IMG/VR virus record: IMGVR_UViG_3300037313_000557
Coordinates: 1-41,439 of that record
Reading direction: 5' to 3' (one strand)
Length of the DNA stretch: 41,439 bases
From: a virus
Translations under genes and position numbers: made by a program
Shown here: positions 30,751-40,679 of the stretch, in pieces
Numbering within the stretch: position 1 is the first letter of the stretch
Layout of the letters: the number at the start of each line of letters is the position of its first letter
The notes under the pieces: generated by a model
What the model was told of the DNA's origin: nothing
Seen by the model: only the letters and a program-made list of their open reading frames with translations
Databases searched by the model: none

Positions 30751-31917
30751 ATGGCAGAAGTCGTCCTTGCCAATGCGCTGCAAGTTCAGCGCTGGAGCGA
30801 AGACCTAACGGTCGAATATATCCGCGAATCTGGCCTGATGCCCTACATGGGCACCGAAGGCACTTCAATTATCCGCGTCCGCAACGAACTGAAGAATGGC
30901 GCGGGCGACACGATCAACTTTCCGTTGCTCCAGCGCATCAAGGGGCGCGGCGTCGTCGGCTCCGAAGTGCTCAAGGGCAACGAAGCTGATCTGGGCCTCG
31001 CCAACACGGCGGTCACGGTCAACTGGAAGCGCAATGCGGTCAAGCTGCCCAAGTCCACGACGTTCCGCACGCCGCTGGACCTCTGGAACGCTGCAAAGCC
31101 ACAGCTTCGTTCGTGGTCGGCGGAGGCCCTCCGCGACGATACGCTGACGGCGTTTCAGTCGGTCATCGTCCCCGGCACGTTGGATGCGCAGGGCCTTCCG
31201 GGCACTGACACCAGCGTCAGCTACGCGCTCGCGACCGCGAGCCAGCGCAATACGTTCCTTGTGAACAACTCGGATCGTATCGTGATGGGAAACGCCCGCG
31301 CGAATATTTCGTCTGGCAACTGGGCGACATCGCTCGGTAACGTCACCACTGCGTCGGGCCAGTCGTCGGCTGCTCATCTTCGCTTGCTCAAGCAAATCGC
31401 GAAGAATGCGGGCCAGACCGTTCCAGCCGGTTCTACCACGGGCTACACCACCAACATTCGCCCGTACAAGTCGGACATGACGGCCGGCCGGGAGTGGTTT
31501 GTCTATTTCGTCGGCACGCGCGAGTTTGGCGTGCTGTCGCAGGATACCGCGATCCTGAATGCCAACCTCTACGCTCGCCCGCGTGAAGATGGCGCGGTGG
31601 ATAAGAACCCGCTCTTTCAGGATGGTGATCTGGTCTACCAGGGCATCCTCATTCGCGAAGTGCCGGAGATCGACAATCAGATCCTCGCGGGCGCGGGCGG
31701 CTCGGGTGCTGACTTGGCGTTCGGCTACTTCTGCGGCCAATCGGCGGTAGCGGTGGCTTATGGCCAGAACCCGAAGCTGATCGAGGACAAGGACGAGGAC
31801 TACGGTTTCCGTCCGGCTATCGCGATCGAGGAGCTTCGCGGCCTCGCTAAAACGAGCTTCGGCGGTGTCCAGTACGGCATGGTCGAGTCCATCACCGCCG
31901 TCCCGGCCCTGGCATAA
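30751..31917 (+). CDS. major capsid protein, N4-gp56 / DUF4043-type
   Basis: The pattern QRWSEDL...YMGTEGTSIIRV...GAGDTINFPLLQRIKGRGVVGSEVLKGNEADL matches the N-terminal signature of that capsid family. Confidence 0.75.
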   Translation: MAEVVLANALQVQRWSEDLTVEYIRESGLMPYMGTEGTSIIRVRNELKNGAGDTINFPLLQRIKGRGVVGSEVLKGNEADLGLANTAVTVNWKRNAVKLPKSTTFRTPLDLWNAAKPQLRSWSAEALRDDTLTAFQSVIVPGTLDAQGLPGTDTSVSYALATASQRNTFLVNNSDRIVMGNARANISSGNWATSLGNVTTASGQSSAAHLRLLKQIAKNAGQTVPAGSTTGYTTNIRPYKSDMTAGREWFVYFVGTREFGVLSQDTAILNANLYARPREDGAVDKNPLFQDGDLVYQGILIREVPEIDNQILAGAGGSGADLAFGYFCGQSAVAVAYGQNPKLIEDKDEDYGFRPAIAIEELRGLAKTSFGGVQYGMVESITAVPALA

Positions 31918-31930
31918 GGAGTAACTGACA

Positions 31931-32374
31931 GTGGCTAACTATCTCAGCCTCGAAACCACTCCTCCCGTCTACCCGATTTCGGGTGTTGGATTGGGTGGGC
32001 GCACGACCCATTGGGCGCGCGGCACATACACGATCTCAGCCGCTCTTGCCGCGTCGGATACGATCCAGTTGTTCGACTTGCCACGCAATGCGCGTGTCCT
32101 GTCTGGCGGTTTCATCAAGTCGGACGACCTCGATACGGGTGGCGCCGCTATCCGCATAAACGTCGGCGATGCAGGCTCGGCGAGTCGCTATTTCTCGGCG
32201 TCCGCAGCGGCCAGTACGGGCGCCGTTGATACCACGATGGCGTTTACCGGAGTGGATTACCTCAACACGGCAAAGACCCGCGTGTTCGCGACGGTTTCGG
32301 TGGCTCCGACCACCGGCGCCACGACCGGCACGATCACGGTTATGCTGCCGTATATTGTCGAGGAGCCGGCATAA
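31931..32374 (+). CDS. putative head decoration/cement protein
   Basis: 147-aa beta-rich protein directly after the capsid gene. GTG start with AAGGAG upstream. Confidence 0.4.
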   Translation: MANYLSLETTPPVYPISGVGLGGRTTHWARGTYTISAALAASDTIQLFDLPRNARVLSGGFIKSDDLDTGGAAIRINVGDAGSASRYFSASAAASTGAVDTTMAFTGVDYLNTAKTRVFATVSVAPTTGATTGTITVMLPYIVEEPA

Positions 32375-32748
32375 TGTCCAACTTCAAGGCGACGTGGCTG
32401 GGTGATACCGATCCCGGCGCACAGATCATCTTCATGGGCGATCTGCGCTTCATCAAGGGCGAGCCAACCACCGTCCCGGCAGACCATGAGTTTGCCGAGA
32501 TGATCAAGGGCAACCCGATCTTTTCGACCGAGGGCAAGGCGGAGGCTGTCAAGGCAGACGAGCCATCGGAAGATGAGCAGAACGCGGCTGCGGAACATGG
32601 GACCGTCAAGGGCCACCTGAAGGCTCAACTGAAGCTGCGCGGCGTTGAAGTGAGGGGCAATCCTTCAGAAGAGACGCTGCGCGCCAAGTTGGCGGAGGCG
32701 ACGAAGGACGAAACGTCCCCGCCCGCGATCGGAAACATGGTACTTTAA
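32374..32748 (+). CDS. hypothetical virion-module protein
   Basis: 124 aa with TAATG overlaps on both sides. Confidence 0.45.
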   Translation: MSNFKATWLGDTDPGAQIIFMGDLRFIKGEPTTVPADHEFAEMIKGNPIFSTEGKAEAVKADEPSEDEQNAAAEHGTVKGHLKAQLKLRGVEVRGNPSEETLRAKLAEATKDETSPPAIGNMVL

Positions 32749-33377
32749 TGGCGACCTGCCGTCACGTGATCAACGGTGCGCTGCGCAAGCTCGGAAGGCT
32801 TGGTGGCGGTCGTGAACCACGGACGGCAGACGCTACCGACGCACTGGCGGCGCTCCAGGGGCTTTACCTCTCCTGGATCGCTTCCGGCGCGTTTGGCCGT
32901 CTTCGGGATGTGATCGCGGACGCCGACATTACGGCGGCGGAAAATTGCCGCATCATTCGCGATGAAACTGTCGTGACCGTCACCCTGCCGGAGGTCGTGC
33001 CTAACTATTGCGACCCCCTGCCCTATAATCTGGAGACGGATTATTACGCGACCAGTCCGGTGGACGGCACAAACCGCCCTCCCCGCGATGGTTCGGTGAT
33101 CCAGATCAAGGACACTGTTGGCGGACAGGTTGCGAGCTACGTCTATGACGGCACGCTGCGCGAATGGACGCAGATCGAGCTATTGCAGATGGACAGCGAA
33201 GCGCCGCGCTCTGTTACGGACCCTGAGGGGCTGTCAGCGGTGCTAGCGATGGAGCTGGCGGACACGTTCGGCGCAGAGATCGGCCAGGCCACGCTAAGGC
33301 AGGCCGGACGCTTTACGATCGCCATGATCAACAACCCCTCCTCTCCCCGGCGCGAAGCTGCCGGGGTGTACATGTGA
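32748..33377 (+). CDS. P22 gp4-like head-to-tail adaptor (tail accessory factor)
   Basis: The N-terminus INGALRKLGRLGGGREPRTADATDALAALQGLYLSW parallels the P22 gp4 N-terminus (VRAALRKLGV...DA...L......W). Its position before the gp10-like gene also fits. Confidence 0.6.
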   Translation: MATCRHVINGALRKLGRLGGGREPRTADATDALAALQGLYLSWIASGAFGRLRDVIADADITAAENCRIIRDETVVTVTLPEVVPNYCDPLPYNLETDYYATSPVDGTNRPPRDGSVIQIKDTVGGQVASYVYDGTLREWTQIELLQMDSEAPRSVTDPEGLSAVLAMELADTFGAEIGQATLRQAGRFTIAMINNPSSPRREAAGVYM

Positions 33378-33383
33378 TCGCCC

Positions 33384-34718
33384 ATGCCGATCGTACCCCT
33401 AGGGCTCGGCGCGTATAAGCGATCGTCAGGGTTCGTCCCCGAAGTGCAGCTCCGCAACTTCTATCTTGAGCAGGATGTAACCGGCATCAGTCCCGACAAG
33501 ACGTTGCGGGTGCAGCGCCCCGGGCTGACTGCCTATCGCACGCTTCCTGGCGCCATTCGCGGGCTTAATTTCCGCGAGGCGACGGGAGAGACGTTCGCGG
33601 TCGCGGGCGGCACGCTCTACAATAGCGACACGGCATCGGGAGGAATTGCGGGTATCGACCAAACGCCGATGGTTTCGACGCCGTTCGGCTTGTTCATTGC
33701 GGGCGGTGGAACGCTCTACACCTACGATATAGCTCTATCGAGCATCGCCTTGCCCGATGATGCGCCGGACGGCGGTACAGTGCAGGATATCGACCAATTG
33801 GACGCCTATGTCCTGGTGCTTTTGCCAAGCGGGCGGTTCTATTGGATCGTTCCTGGCGCAACGACGATCGACCCGCTGAATTTCGCGACGGCGGAAAGCC
33901 TGCCGGATGGAGCGATGGCTATTCGACGGCTGGGGGATGAATTCATAATCCTCGGTACGCAGGGCGCGGAGATATGGCAGGCCACCGGCGACCCTGACGC
34001 GCCATTCCAGCGCGCTACGGGGCGTGGATACGAAAAGGGCTGCCTCTACCGCGATACGGTCGTCCGCTTCGACAACACGCTAGTTTGGGTAACCGATCAG
34101 TATGAGGTCTGTCGCGCGTCGGCGGTTCCTGAGGTGATTAGTGACCCCGCCCTTTCCGATCGCATTCGGCGCGCGACCGGCGATTGCTCGGCAATGACAT
34201 TCGCGATCGATGGGCATGACTTATGGCTCCTGCGTATTCCAGGCCAGGGAACATTTGCTTACGATGCCCTGACCAAAGCGTGGAGCGAGTTCGCGACCTA
34301 TCAGGAAAGCGTGTGGCGCCCTTGGGTGAGCATTCAGCATGACGGGCTGATTTTGGTCGGCTCGTCGGTTGACGGGAAAATCTATGAGGTAGATCCCGAA
34401 AGCGCGACCGATGACGGCGTGATGATCGAGCGCATAGTCAGCGCGACTGTCGGGCTCAATGCCAAGCCGCCGCGCAACGACAGCGTTTCGATCGGGGTAG
34501 GTTGCTCGGGCGATACGACGATCAGACTGCGGTGGAAGGACGGCCAGGACGACTTCCCAGCCTATTATGACGAGATCGAAGCGCGCGCGCCATTCGACGT
34601 GGCGCAATTGTGGCGGCTCGGCCAACCCGACCAGCCCTATAGGACGCTGGAAATAAGCTGCGTTGCGGCCGAGAAGATCAGCCTGTTCGGCATGATTGCT
34701 AACGATGCGTGGGCCTGA
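33384..34718 (+). CDS. P22 gp10-like tail hub / packaged-DNA stabilisation protein
   Basis: 444 aa. MPIVPLG..., NFATAESLPDGAMAIRRLGDEFIILGTQGAEIWQATG and MTFAIDGHDLWLLRIPGQGTFAYD parallel remembered P22 gp10 segments. Confidence 0.65.
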   Translation: MPIVPLGLGAYKRSSGFVPEVQLRNFYLEQDVTGISPDKTLRVQRPGLTAYRTLPGAIRGLNFREATGETFAVAGGTLYNSDTASGGIAGIDQTPMVSTPFGLFIAGGGTLYTYDIALSSIALPDDAPDGGTVQDIDQLDAYVLVLLPSGRFYWIVPGATTIDPLNFATAESLPDGAMAIRRLGDEFIILGTQGAEIWQATGDPDAPFQRATGRGYEKGCLYRDTVVRFDNTLVWVTDQYEVCRASAVPEVISDPALSDRIRRATGDCSAMTFAIDGHDLWLLRIPGQGTFAYDALTKAWSEFATYQESVWRPWVSIQHDGLILVGSSVDGKIYEVDPESATDDGVMIERIVSATVGLNAKPPRNDSVSIGVGCSGDTTIRLRWKDGQDDFPAYYDEIEARAPFDVAQLWRLGQPDQPYRTLEISCVAAEKISLFGMIANDAWA

Positions 34719-35329
34719 TGGCTGACTTTGTCCGCATTCCGGCACTGAGCCAGCGCAACCCGGCGGTCGATAAAGACGGGCGGTTTACCAATGTCACGCT
34801 ACGGACGTTGAACGATGCTTTGGAGGGGCTGGCAACCGCCATCAATGCCATTGCCGCGCTCCCCGAGATACAGGCCGCGCTGGCCGCACTGGACGCGGCT
34901 ACGGCGGCAGCTCAAGCGGCGGCAGACAATGCCAACGCGGCGGCTACGGCAACCACCAACGCAACGTCCCTCGCTAATAGCTATGTGTCGGGATTGACCC
35001 TCACCGCCACGGACGCGGGTTCGAGCGCTACGATCACTATTTCCGCCCATACCCGCGTATATGGCGATGGCGCTTCCGTTAGCGTGTCCGGGGGTTCTTT
35101 GACCGGGTTGGCCTACGACACGACTTATTACATCTATTACGATCAGCCCAGTCGCGCCGGTGGCTCTGTCACCTATCAAAGCACAACCGATCCTACGTTA
35201 GCGGCGCAAACCGGTGATAGGCATGTCGTTGGTTCCACCAACACACCGCTGGCAGCAGGCGCGCCGATCGACGGAAATCCGGTGCTCCCGCCAGGGTCAG
35301 GCGCCATCCTGCACAAAGAGCTCCTATGA
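34718..35329 (+). CDS. tail needle (P22 gp26-like) coiled-coil protein
   Basis: MADF... start in a TGATG overlap, followed by an Ala-rich coiled coil and a beta-rich C-terminal knob. Position after the gp10-like gene fits. Confidence 0.5.
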   Translation: MADFVRIPALSQRNPAVDKDGRFTNVTLRTLNDALEGLATAINAIAALPEIQAALAALDAATAAAQAAADNANAAATATTNATSLANSYVSGLTLTATDAGSSATITISAHTRVYGDGASVSVSGGSLTGLAYDTTYYIYYDQPSRAGGSVTYQSTTDPTLAAQTGDRHVVGSTNTPLAAGAPIDGNPVLPPGSGAILHKELL

Positions 35330-35757
35330 TCCGTCGCGTCCTGGATCCAGATATCGTCAACACTATCGCGAATGAAGGCAGCGTGCGCGAGATGATGTTT
35401 CTCGGCATGACATACCCGTTGCATGACCTCGATTTTTCGGATTGCATCGAAAACCAGCAAAACGTCTGCCTGATCGACAACAAGGGCTTTTGCTCCATTT
35501 TTCAGTGGAGCGCGCCCGGCGTCTATGAATGCCATATCATGGCGCCAAAGGCAGCGCGAGGAGTCTCATGCATGGCGTCGGCGCACGAAATGCTGGCCTT
35601 CATGAAGCAGATGGGCGCTAGAATGGTTTGGGGTCGCCCTTCGATCTACAATCGGGCCGCCATATGCTTTATCCGCCGAATGGGCCTGAAAGCGGCCGGT
35701 TTCGGTCAGGATGCTGCGGCTGGTGACGTGCAGTATTTCGTGACGGAGGACTTGTAG
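35326..35757 (+). CDS. hypothetical protein at the P22 gp14-equivalent position (possible acetyltransferase-like fold)
   Basis: 143-aa ORF. The pattern ECHIMAPKAARG...NRAAICFIRRMGLKAAG loosely resembles GNAT-like phage proteins. Confidence 0.35.
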   Translation: MIRRVLDPDIVNTIANEGSVREMMFLGMTYPLHDLDFSDCIENQQNVCLIDNKGFCSIFQWSAPGVYECHIMAPKAARGVSCMASAHEMLAFMKQMGARMVWGRPSIYNRAAICFIRRMGLKAAGFGQDAAAGDVQYFVTEDL

Positions 35758-36494
35758 TGCCGCCTGTAGTCATCGCAGCAGGAATCGCGGCCGGCGGATC
35801 GATCCTTGGGGGCGCTATCGCTTCCGGGAGCGCCAGCAAGGCGGCAAAAGCGCAGCAATCCGTTGCGCAGCAGCAGATCGCCGCCAACAATGAGAACCGA
35901 CAGTTCATCACCGGGCTTGAGCAGCCGAACATCGATCGCGGCAATTGGGCTGGTGACACCTATGCCGGATTGCTCGGCAAGGGCGACGCGGCTAGTTCAC
36001 AAAAAGCGCTGGATACTTGGCGAAATTCGATCAGCTATCAGGACTTGCTCAAGACCGGCATGGATGCCGTCAACAGCAACGCCTATGCGCGCGGACTTGG
36101 TGATAGTGGAGCTACGTACAAAGCGCTTCAGGCGAAGGGCCAGTCTCTCGCAAACCAGACGCAGGGCATTTATATGTCCAACCTCAACAACCTGATCCAG
36201 ACGGGCAATAGCGCGATCGGGAACGTGGCCGGGGTGGCGACCCAGACGACGGGCGCGAATAACGCGGCATTGCAGGGCAGCGCCGATGCTCAATCGAACG
36301 CGGCCCTAATGTCGGGTGCTGGTTGGCAAAACGCGATCAAGAACCTGACGAACATCGGGTCCAGTCTTGCGACGAGCTTCGGCGGCGGTTCGCACACCTC
36401 CGGGGCGCCGATCAGCGCGACGATGCCGGGCTATGGGGCATTCAACCCGATGCAGCCCATCGGTTATTTCGGGGGCAACGGCTTTGGCGGTTGA
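35757..36494 (+). CDS. ejection/internal virion protein (P22 gp7-equivalent position)
   Basis: 245 aa with an N-terminal hydrophobic Gly/Ala segment and a low-complexity Gly/Ala/Asn/Gln-rich body. TAGTG overlap. Confidence 0.5.
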   Translation: MPPVVIAAGIAAGGSILGGAIASGSASKAAKAQQSVAQQQIAANNENRQFITGLEQPNIDRGNWAGDTYAGLLGKGDAASSQKALDTWRNSISYQDLLKTGMDAVNSNAYARGLGDSGATYKALQAKGQSLANQTQGIYMSNLNNLIQTGNSAIGNVAGVATQTTGANNAALQGSADAQSNAALMSGAGWQNAIKNLTNIGSSLATSFGGGSHTSGAPISATMPGYGAFNPMQPIGYFGGNGFGG

Positions 36495-38256
36495 TTGGCA
36501 GCTCGGTCGGCCTGAAGGTGGTCCATACGACTACCTCCAGAGCCTCCAGCAGATGGGCCAGATTGCGGCTCAGAAGCAGGCGCTCGGCCAAAATCAATAC
36601 AATTTCAACCGTCAGCGCGTGGCCGATCAACAGCGTCCGCAGATACTCCAACAGGCGCGTGGTGGGGATTATGCCGGCGCTCAGAACACCGCATTTGCCA
36701 ATGGCGATATGGATGCGATCAAGTTCGTCAGCGGGCTTCAGGAAACGCAGCGCGCCCAGCTCGGCCAGCATGCTGACGCAATCGCAGCTGTGGCGGCGAA
36801 TCTGGCTAAGCTTCCGGCTGATCAGCGGCGAGCAGCTTTGGCTGCTGCCGCGCCCGGTTTGCAGCGCTTCGGCTTTACGCCCGACGAAATCGCAGCGGCC
36901 GATGTGAGCGACGCAGGATTGACTGGGTATATTTCGGCAGCCTCCTCCACCAAGAGTGCGCTCGAAAGCTACTATGACAGCCAGAAGCCGCTTACCGTCG
37001 CGGACGGTGCACAGGTGTTCGGCGCAACCCCAATGGGTGGCGGTCAGCGCCCGCTTATCGCTGAGAACGTCAAGGACCCGCCAAAGCCGGATTACGTCCT
37101 TGATACCGAAACCGGGCAATGGCTGCTCAAGCCGGGGACGGGTAGCGCTGGTGTGCCAGGGGCTATCCCAGGCTATGGGGCCATGGCTCCATCTACGGGG
37201 GGAGGTGATCTAGTATCTCGGATGATCCCGATTACTTTGGGAAGCGAGGGCGGGGGATCGCTCACCAATCCCAAGACCAGCCCAAAGGGCGCGCGCGGAC
37301 CGATGCAGGTCATGCCGGGCACGAACGTCAGTCCAGGTTTCGGGGTGGCGCCGGCCGCTGACAATAGCGAAGCGGAGCGCGCTCGGGTTGGTCGGGATTA
37401 TCTGGCAGCCATGATGGAGCGCTATAACGGCGATCCGGCGAAGGCTTGGGCTGCGTATAATGCGGGGCCAGGTCGGGTTGACCGCTTGATCGCGAAGAAT
37501 GGCGACCGCTGGATGTTCGGACTGCCGCAAGAGACGCAAGACTATGTTCAAAAGAACATGGCCGCACTCGGACGCAATCCCGCCCAACCAACCGCGTCCG
37601 TGTCTCCGACCGGCCTTCCCACTGCGATCTATGCGCGGCCTCCTAAGCGGAAAGATGCTCCTGCCGGCTATGAGTATGGCGAGGACGGCAAGGCGCTGCG
37701 TCCGATTCCAGGCGGCCCCGCAGATCCAAACACGCCGACCTCACGCAATGTGCAAAGCAATCGCAAGGCCGAGACTGACTACCGCAAAGAGTTCGAGCAG
37801 CGGCAGGATGTCAAGTCGTTCATTACGGCTCGGAACCAGTATTATGCGCTGCGGAAAACGGCACTCAATCCGAACGCAACGGCAGCCGATGATATTTCTT
37901 CGGTCTATTCATTCATGAAAGCGCTCGATCCGCAGTCGGTTGTTCGCGAGGGTGAGTTTGCGACCGCACAGAACGCTACCGGCGTTCCCGACCGCATGAA
38001 GAATTATTACAACCAGATGCTGAAGGGCACGCGCCTAAACGCCAATCAGCGGCAGGATATGGTCAACACCGCATACCGCAATTATTCAGTCATGCGCGAC
38101 AACTACAACAACGTTGCGACCCAATATCGCGGCTACGCGCAGTCGGCGGGCGTCAACCCGGACAATGTCGCGCGTACCTATACCATCGATGAAAAGAAAC
38201 CCAACGCGTCGCGTCCACAGCCCAAGCCGGGCTGGAAGATCGTGGAGCGTAAATAA
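36484..38256 (+). CDS. ejection/internal virion protein with lytic transglycosylase (SLT) domain
   Basis: LGSEGGGS...GARGPMQVMPGT...YLAAMMERYNGDPAKAWAAYNAGPGRV is an SLT signature. The start is uncertain (TTG at 36484 or ATG at 36553). Confidence 0.65.
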   Translation: MAVDWQLGRPEGGPYDYLQSLQQMGQIAAQKQALGQNQYNFNRQRVADQQRPQILQQARGGDYAGAQNTAFANGDMDAIKFVSGLQETQRAQLGQHADAIAAVAANLAKLPADQRRAALAAAAPGLQRFGFTPDEIAAADVSDAGLTGYISAASSTKSALESYYDSQKPLTVADGAQVFGATPMGGGQRPLIAENVKDPPKPDYVLDTETGQWLLKPGTGSAGVPGAIPGYGAMAPSTGGGDLVSRMIPITLGSEGGGSLTNPKTSPKGARGPMQVMPGTNVSPGFGVAPAADNSEAERARVGRDYLAAMMERYNGDPAKAWAAYNAGPGRVDRLIAKNGDRWMFGLPQETQDYVQKNMAALGRNPAQPTASVSPTGLPTAIYARPPKRKDAPAGYEYGEDGKALRPIPGGPADPNTPTSRNVQSNRKAETDYRKEFEQRQDVKSFITARNQYYALRKTALNPNATAADDISSVYSFMKALDPQSVVREGEFATAQNATGVPDRMKNYYNQMLKGTRLNANQRQDMVNTAYRNYSVMRDNYNNVATQYRGYAQSAGVNPDNVARTYTIDEKKPNASRPQPKPGWKIVERK

Positions 38257-40193
38257 TGGCCCGCAAGCTCTCCGTCACCGCACCGAACGGCAAGACGTAC
38301 GATATTGAGGCCCCGGACAATGCGACGGACGATGAGATTCACGCTGAGGTGTTGCGCGTGCATCCTGAAGCGGCAGGGATGGATGCTTCCGGTGATCCAT
38401 CGTCTGACATCATCGCCAGCATGGCGGCCCCAGACTCCGGTGGAACTTCTGTTGGCCCTGACGGCAAGATGGTGGTCGATATCGTCGGCGGCCATCTGCC
38501 CTCGCCAGGCGAGGAAGGGTACGACGCCTATATCAAGGCTGGGTATCAGACCGACCCGCAAGGCAACATTGTTCCGAAAGAGCCAGACCAACGCCCGGTA
38601 TCGCAGTCGCAGGGTTTTTCGGAGGGATTCGAAAAGCCAGCAAACAATGCGGCGGATTGGGTCACGACTGGCCTCAACAAGACCATCCCATCCGCGCGCG
38701 ATATAGCTACAGGGAACCTCGATCTTTCGATGCTCGCCGACCCCTCCGCGCTGATCAAAGGTGCTCTTGGTGGTCTGTCGTATGCGGGTGCGGCGCTTGA
38801 GGGCAACGGCAACCTGCAAGCCGGTGATGCCATCAACAAGTTCGGTGCAGAGACGCTGGGCATGGCGCCAAGCATACAGGCCGCGCGTGATACGCAACAG
38901 CAGGCCCGCGACCGGTCCCCCTATCAGAGCGGAGGGCTCGGGAAGTTCGCCGGTGAGCTAACCGGGGCAGTACTGTTGAGCCGTCTGCCAGGCGGGGCAT
39001 TTTCGCAAGGCGCCCAGGGCGGCGCGTTGCTGACGGATACGCCGAACGATGCGCTGGGCGTGGCCAAGGATGCCGCGATCGGCGGGACGGTCGGGAAGGC
39101 GGGTGCGGCAGTTCTAGGGGCCGCCGGACGTGCTGCGGCCCCGGCGATCAATGACGGGCTGCGCACACTGCTGGATGCCGGCATCCGCGTGACGCCTGGA
39201 CAGGCCGCGCGTGCCGGCGGGGGGTTCGGTCGGGTCATAGGCGGCGTTGAAGATAAGGCCATGTCTCGGCCATTCGTCGGCGGGATGATCACCAATGCCC
39301 GCAATCAGTCGCTGGACGATTTTGCGCGCGCTACGATCAATCGCAGCGTAGAACCGATCGGCGCGAAGCTCCCCGATAGCATTTCGCTGGAAACGACCGC
39401 TGGGGCTCGCAGTGCCGTGCGCTGGGCTGGGGACAAACTGTCCGATGCGTTTGAGCAGATTAAGCCGCGCATCCGCGTGCAGGCAAACGATCCGGCGTTT
39501 CTGGACGATCTCACGACCGTCCGAAACGATCTCGTGTCTGACATGCATCCCGCCCGGATCAAGCAATATGACAACATCCTGAAGGGGCTCGGTCGGTTCT
39601 GGCAGGACGGAACGGAGCTTTCTGGACAAGCATATAAGGATGTCGAAAGCCGGCTGACGCGCAATATCAATCAGTTTGCTCGCGGCGATGGCGATCAGCA
39701 GCAGCTTTCGCGTGCCTTGGAGAGCGTGCGCGATGCCTTGACGGACCTTGCTGAGCGCCAAAACCCTGACGTTGCAGCGACCCTTAAATCGCTCAACACG
39801 GGCTGGAAGTCGCTCACGCAAGTTGAGCGTGCGGCAGGAACGAGCAAGGGGTTGCCGACGCCTGCCGGGTATAGCCAAGCCGTGAAGATGAGCAGCGATA
39901 CGGTCCGGCGTCGTGGCTATTCGCGCGGTACGGCGCTTAATCAGGATTTGAGCGACGCGGCGTCAGACATCTTGCCCAGCTCGATTGCCGATAGCGGCAC
40001 AGCCGGCCGAATTGGCGGCATCCGTGCCGGAGCGGTGGGTCTTGCACAAGCTCTGCCCTATCTGGCTGCGCAGAAAGTCACACCTCTGCTTCTGCGCCAG
40101 AACGGAGCGTCACCGGCGCTTGCGAAGCTGCTTGAATATGGCGCGCGCAGCGTTCCCTACGTAGCGCCCCCCTTGATAAGCCAATACCGATAG
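38256..40193 (+). CDS. large ejection/internal virion protein (P22 gp16-equivalent position)
   Basis: 645 aa with a TAATG overlap, a Gly/Ala-rich central hydrophobic region, and position as the last gene of the tail-machine block. Confidence 0.5.
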   Translation: MARKLSVTAPNGKTYDIEAPDNATDDEIHAEVLRVHPEAAGMDASGDPSSDIIASMAAPDSGGTSVGPDGKMVVDIVGGHLPSPGEEGYDAYIKAGYQTDPQGNIVPKEPDQRPVSQSQGFSEGFEKPANNAADWVTTGLNKTIPSARDIATGNLDLSMLADPSALIKGALGGLSYAGAALEGNGNLQAGDAINKFGAETLGMAPSIQAARDTQQQARDRSPYQSGGLGKFAGELTGAVLLSRLPGGAFSQGAQGGALLTDTPNDALGVAKDAAIGGTVGKAGAAVLGAAGRAAAPAINDGLRTLLDAGIRVTPGQAARAGGGFGRVIGGVEDKAMSRPFVGGMITNARNQSLDDFARATINRSVEPIGAKLPDSISLETTAGARSAVRWAGDKLSDAFEQIKPRIRVQANDPAFLDDLTTVRNDLVSDMHPARIKQYDNILKGLGRFWQDGTELSGQAYKDVESRLTRNINQFARGDGDQQQLSRALESVRDALTDLAERQNPDVAATLKSLNTGWKSLTQVERAAGTSKGLPTPAGYSQAVKMSSDTVRRRGYSRGTALNQDLSDAASDILPSSIADSGTAGRIGGIRAGAVGLAQALPYLAAQKVTPLLLRQNGASPALAKLLEYGARSVPYVAPPLISQYR

Positions 40194-40279
40194 GGACCGT
40201 CTGCGCCAACGGCGCGTATCTGCCCAAGCAGTCGTGATGATGGCTGCTGTGCCGGCAGCCAACGCAGAGCCCAGCGACA

Positions 40280-40648
40280 CTATTTCGGGCCTTGTGGGGC
40301 GCATGAACGATCGACATAGCGGATCGCTCGGCCTGTATACTCCCGGCGCGACCAGGCCCACGCGGTCATGTGCTTGTCGCCTCTGGTAACCAAAACGACC
40401 GCGTCGGCGCCAGCCTTTTGGGCTTCGCGGCGGAACTTGGCGAAAATCTTCCCGCGCGTGTCCGCATTGTAATCCTCCGTGACGTTGACCGATACCGGCT
40501 GGACGACGCGATAAGGGCAAGTCCGCACATCGGCGCTCGTGACCATTATGCCCCCATCAAAGGTTGCATCGTCGTTTCCGACCTCTTGAGCGAATGAAGG
40601 GAAAGTCAGCACGACCAGCATGGCGGTCGACAAGTGAATGAGCTTCAT
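40280..40648 (-). CDS. secreted/periplasmic moron protein (signal peptide MKLIHLSTAMLVVLTFPSFA)
   Basis: This is the only reverse-strand gene inside the late region. It has a cleavable-type signal peptide, and the C-terminal pattern REAQKAGADAVVLV loosely resembles small periplasmic stress/YbjQ or DUF1471-like proteins. Confidence 0.6.
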   Translation of the reverse strand: MKLIHLSTAMLVVLTFPSFAQEVGNDDATFDGGIMVTSADVRTCPYRVVQPVSVNVTEDYNADTRGKIFAKFRREAQKAGADAVVLVTRGDKHMTAWAWSRREYTGRAIRYVDRSCAPQGPK

Positions 40649-40679
40649 GCGGCGTTAGATAGCATGCCCCGCGTCGTTC

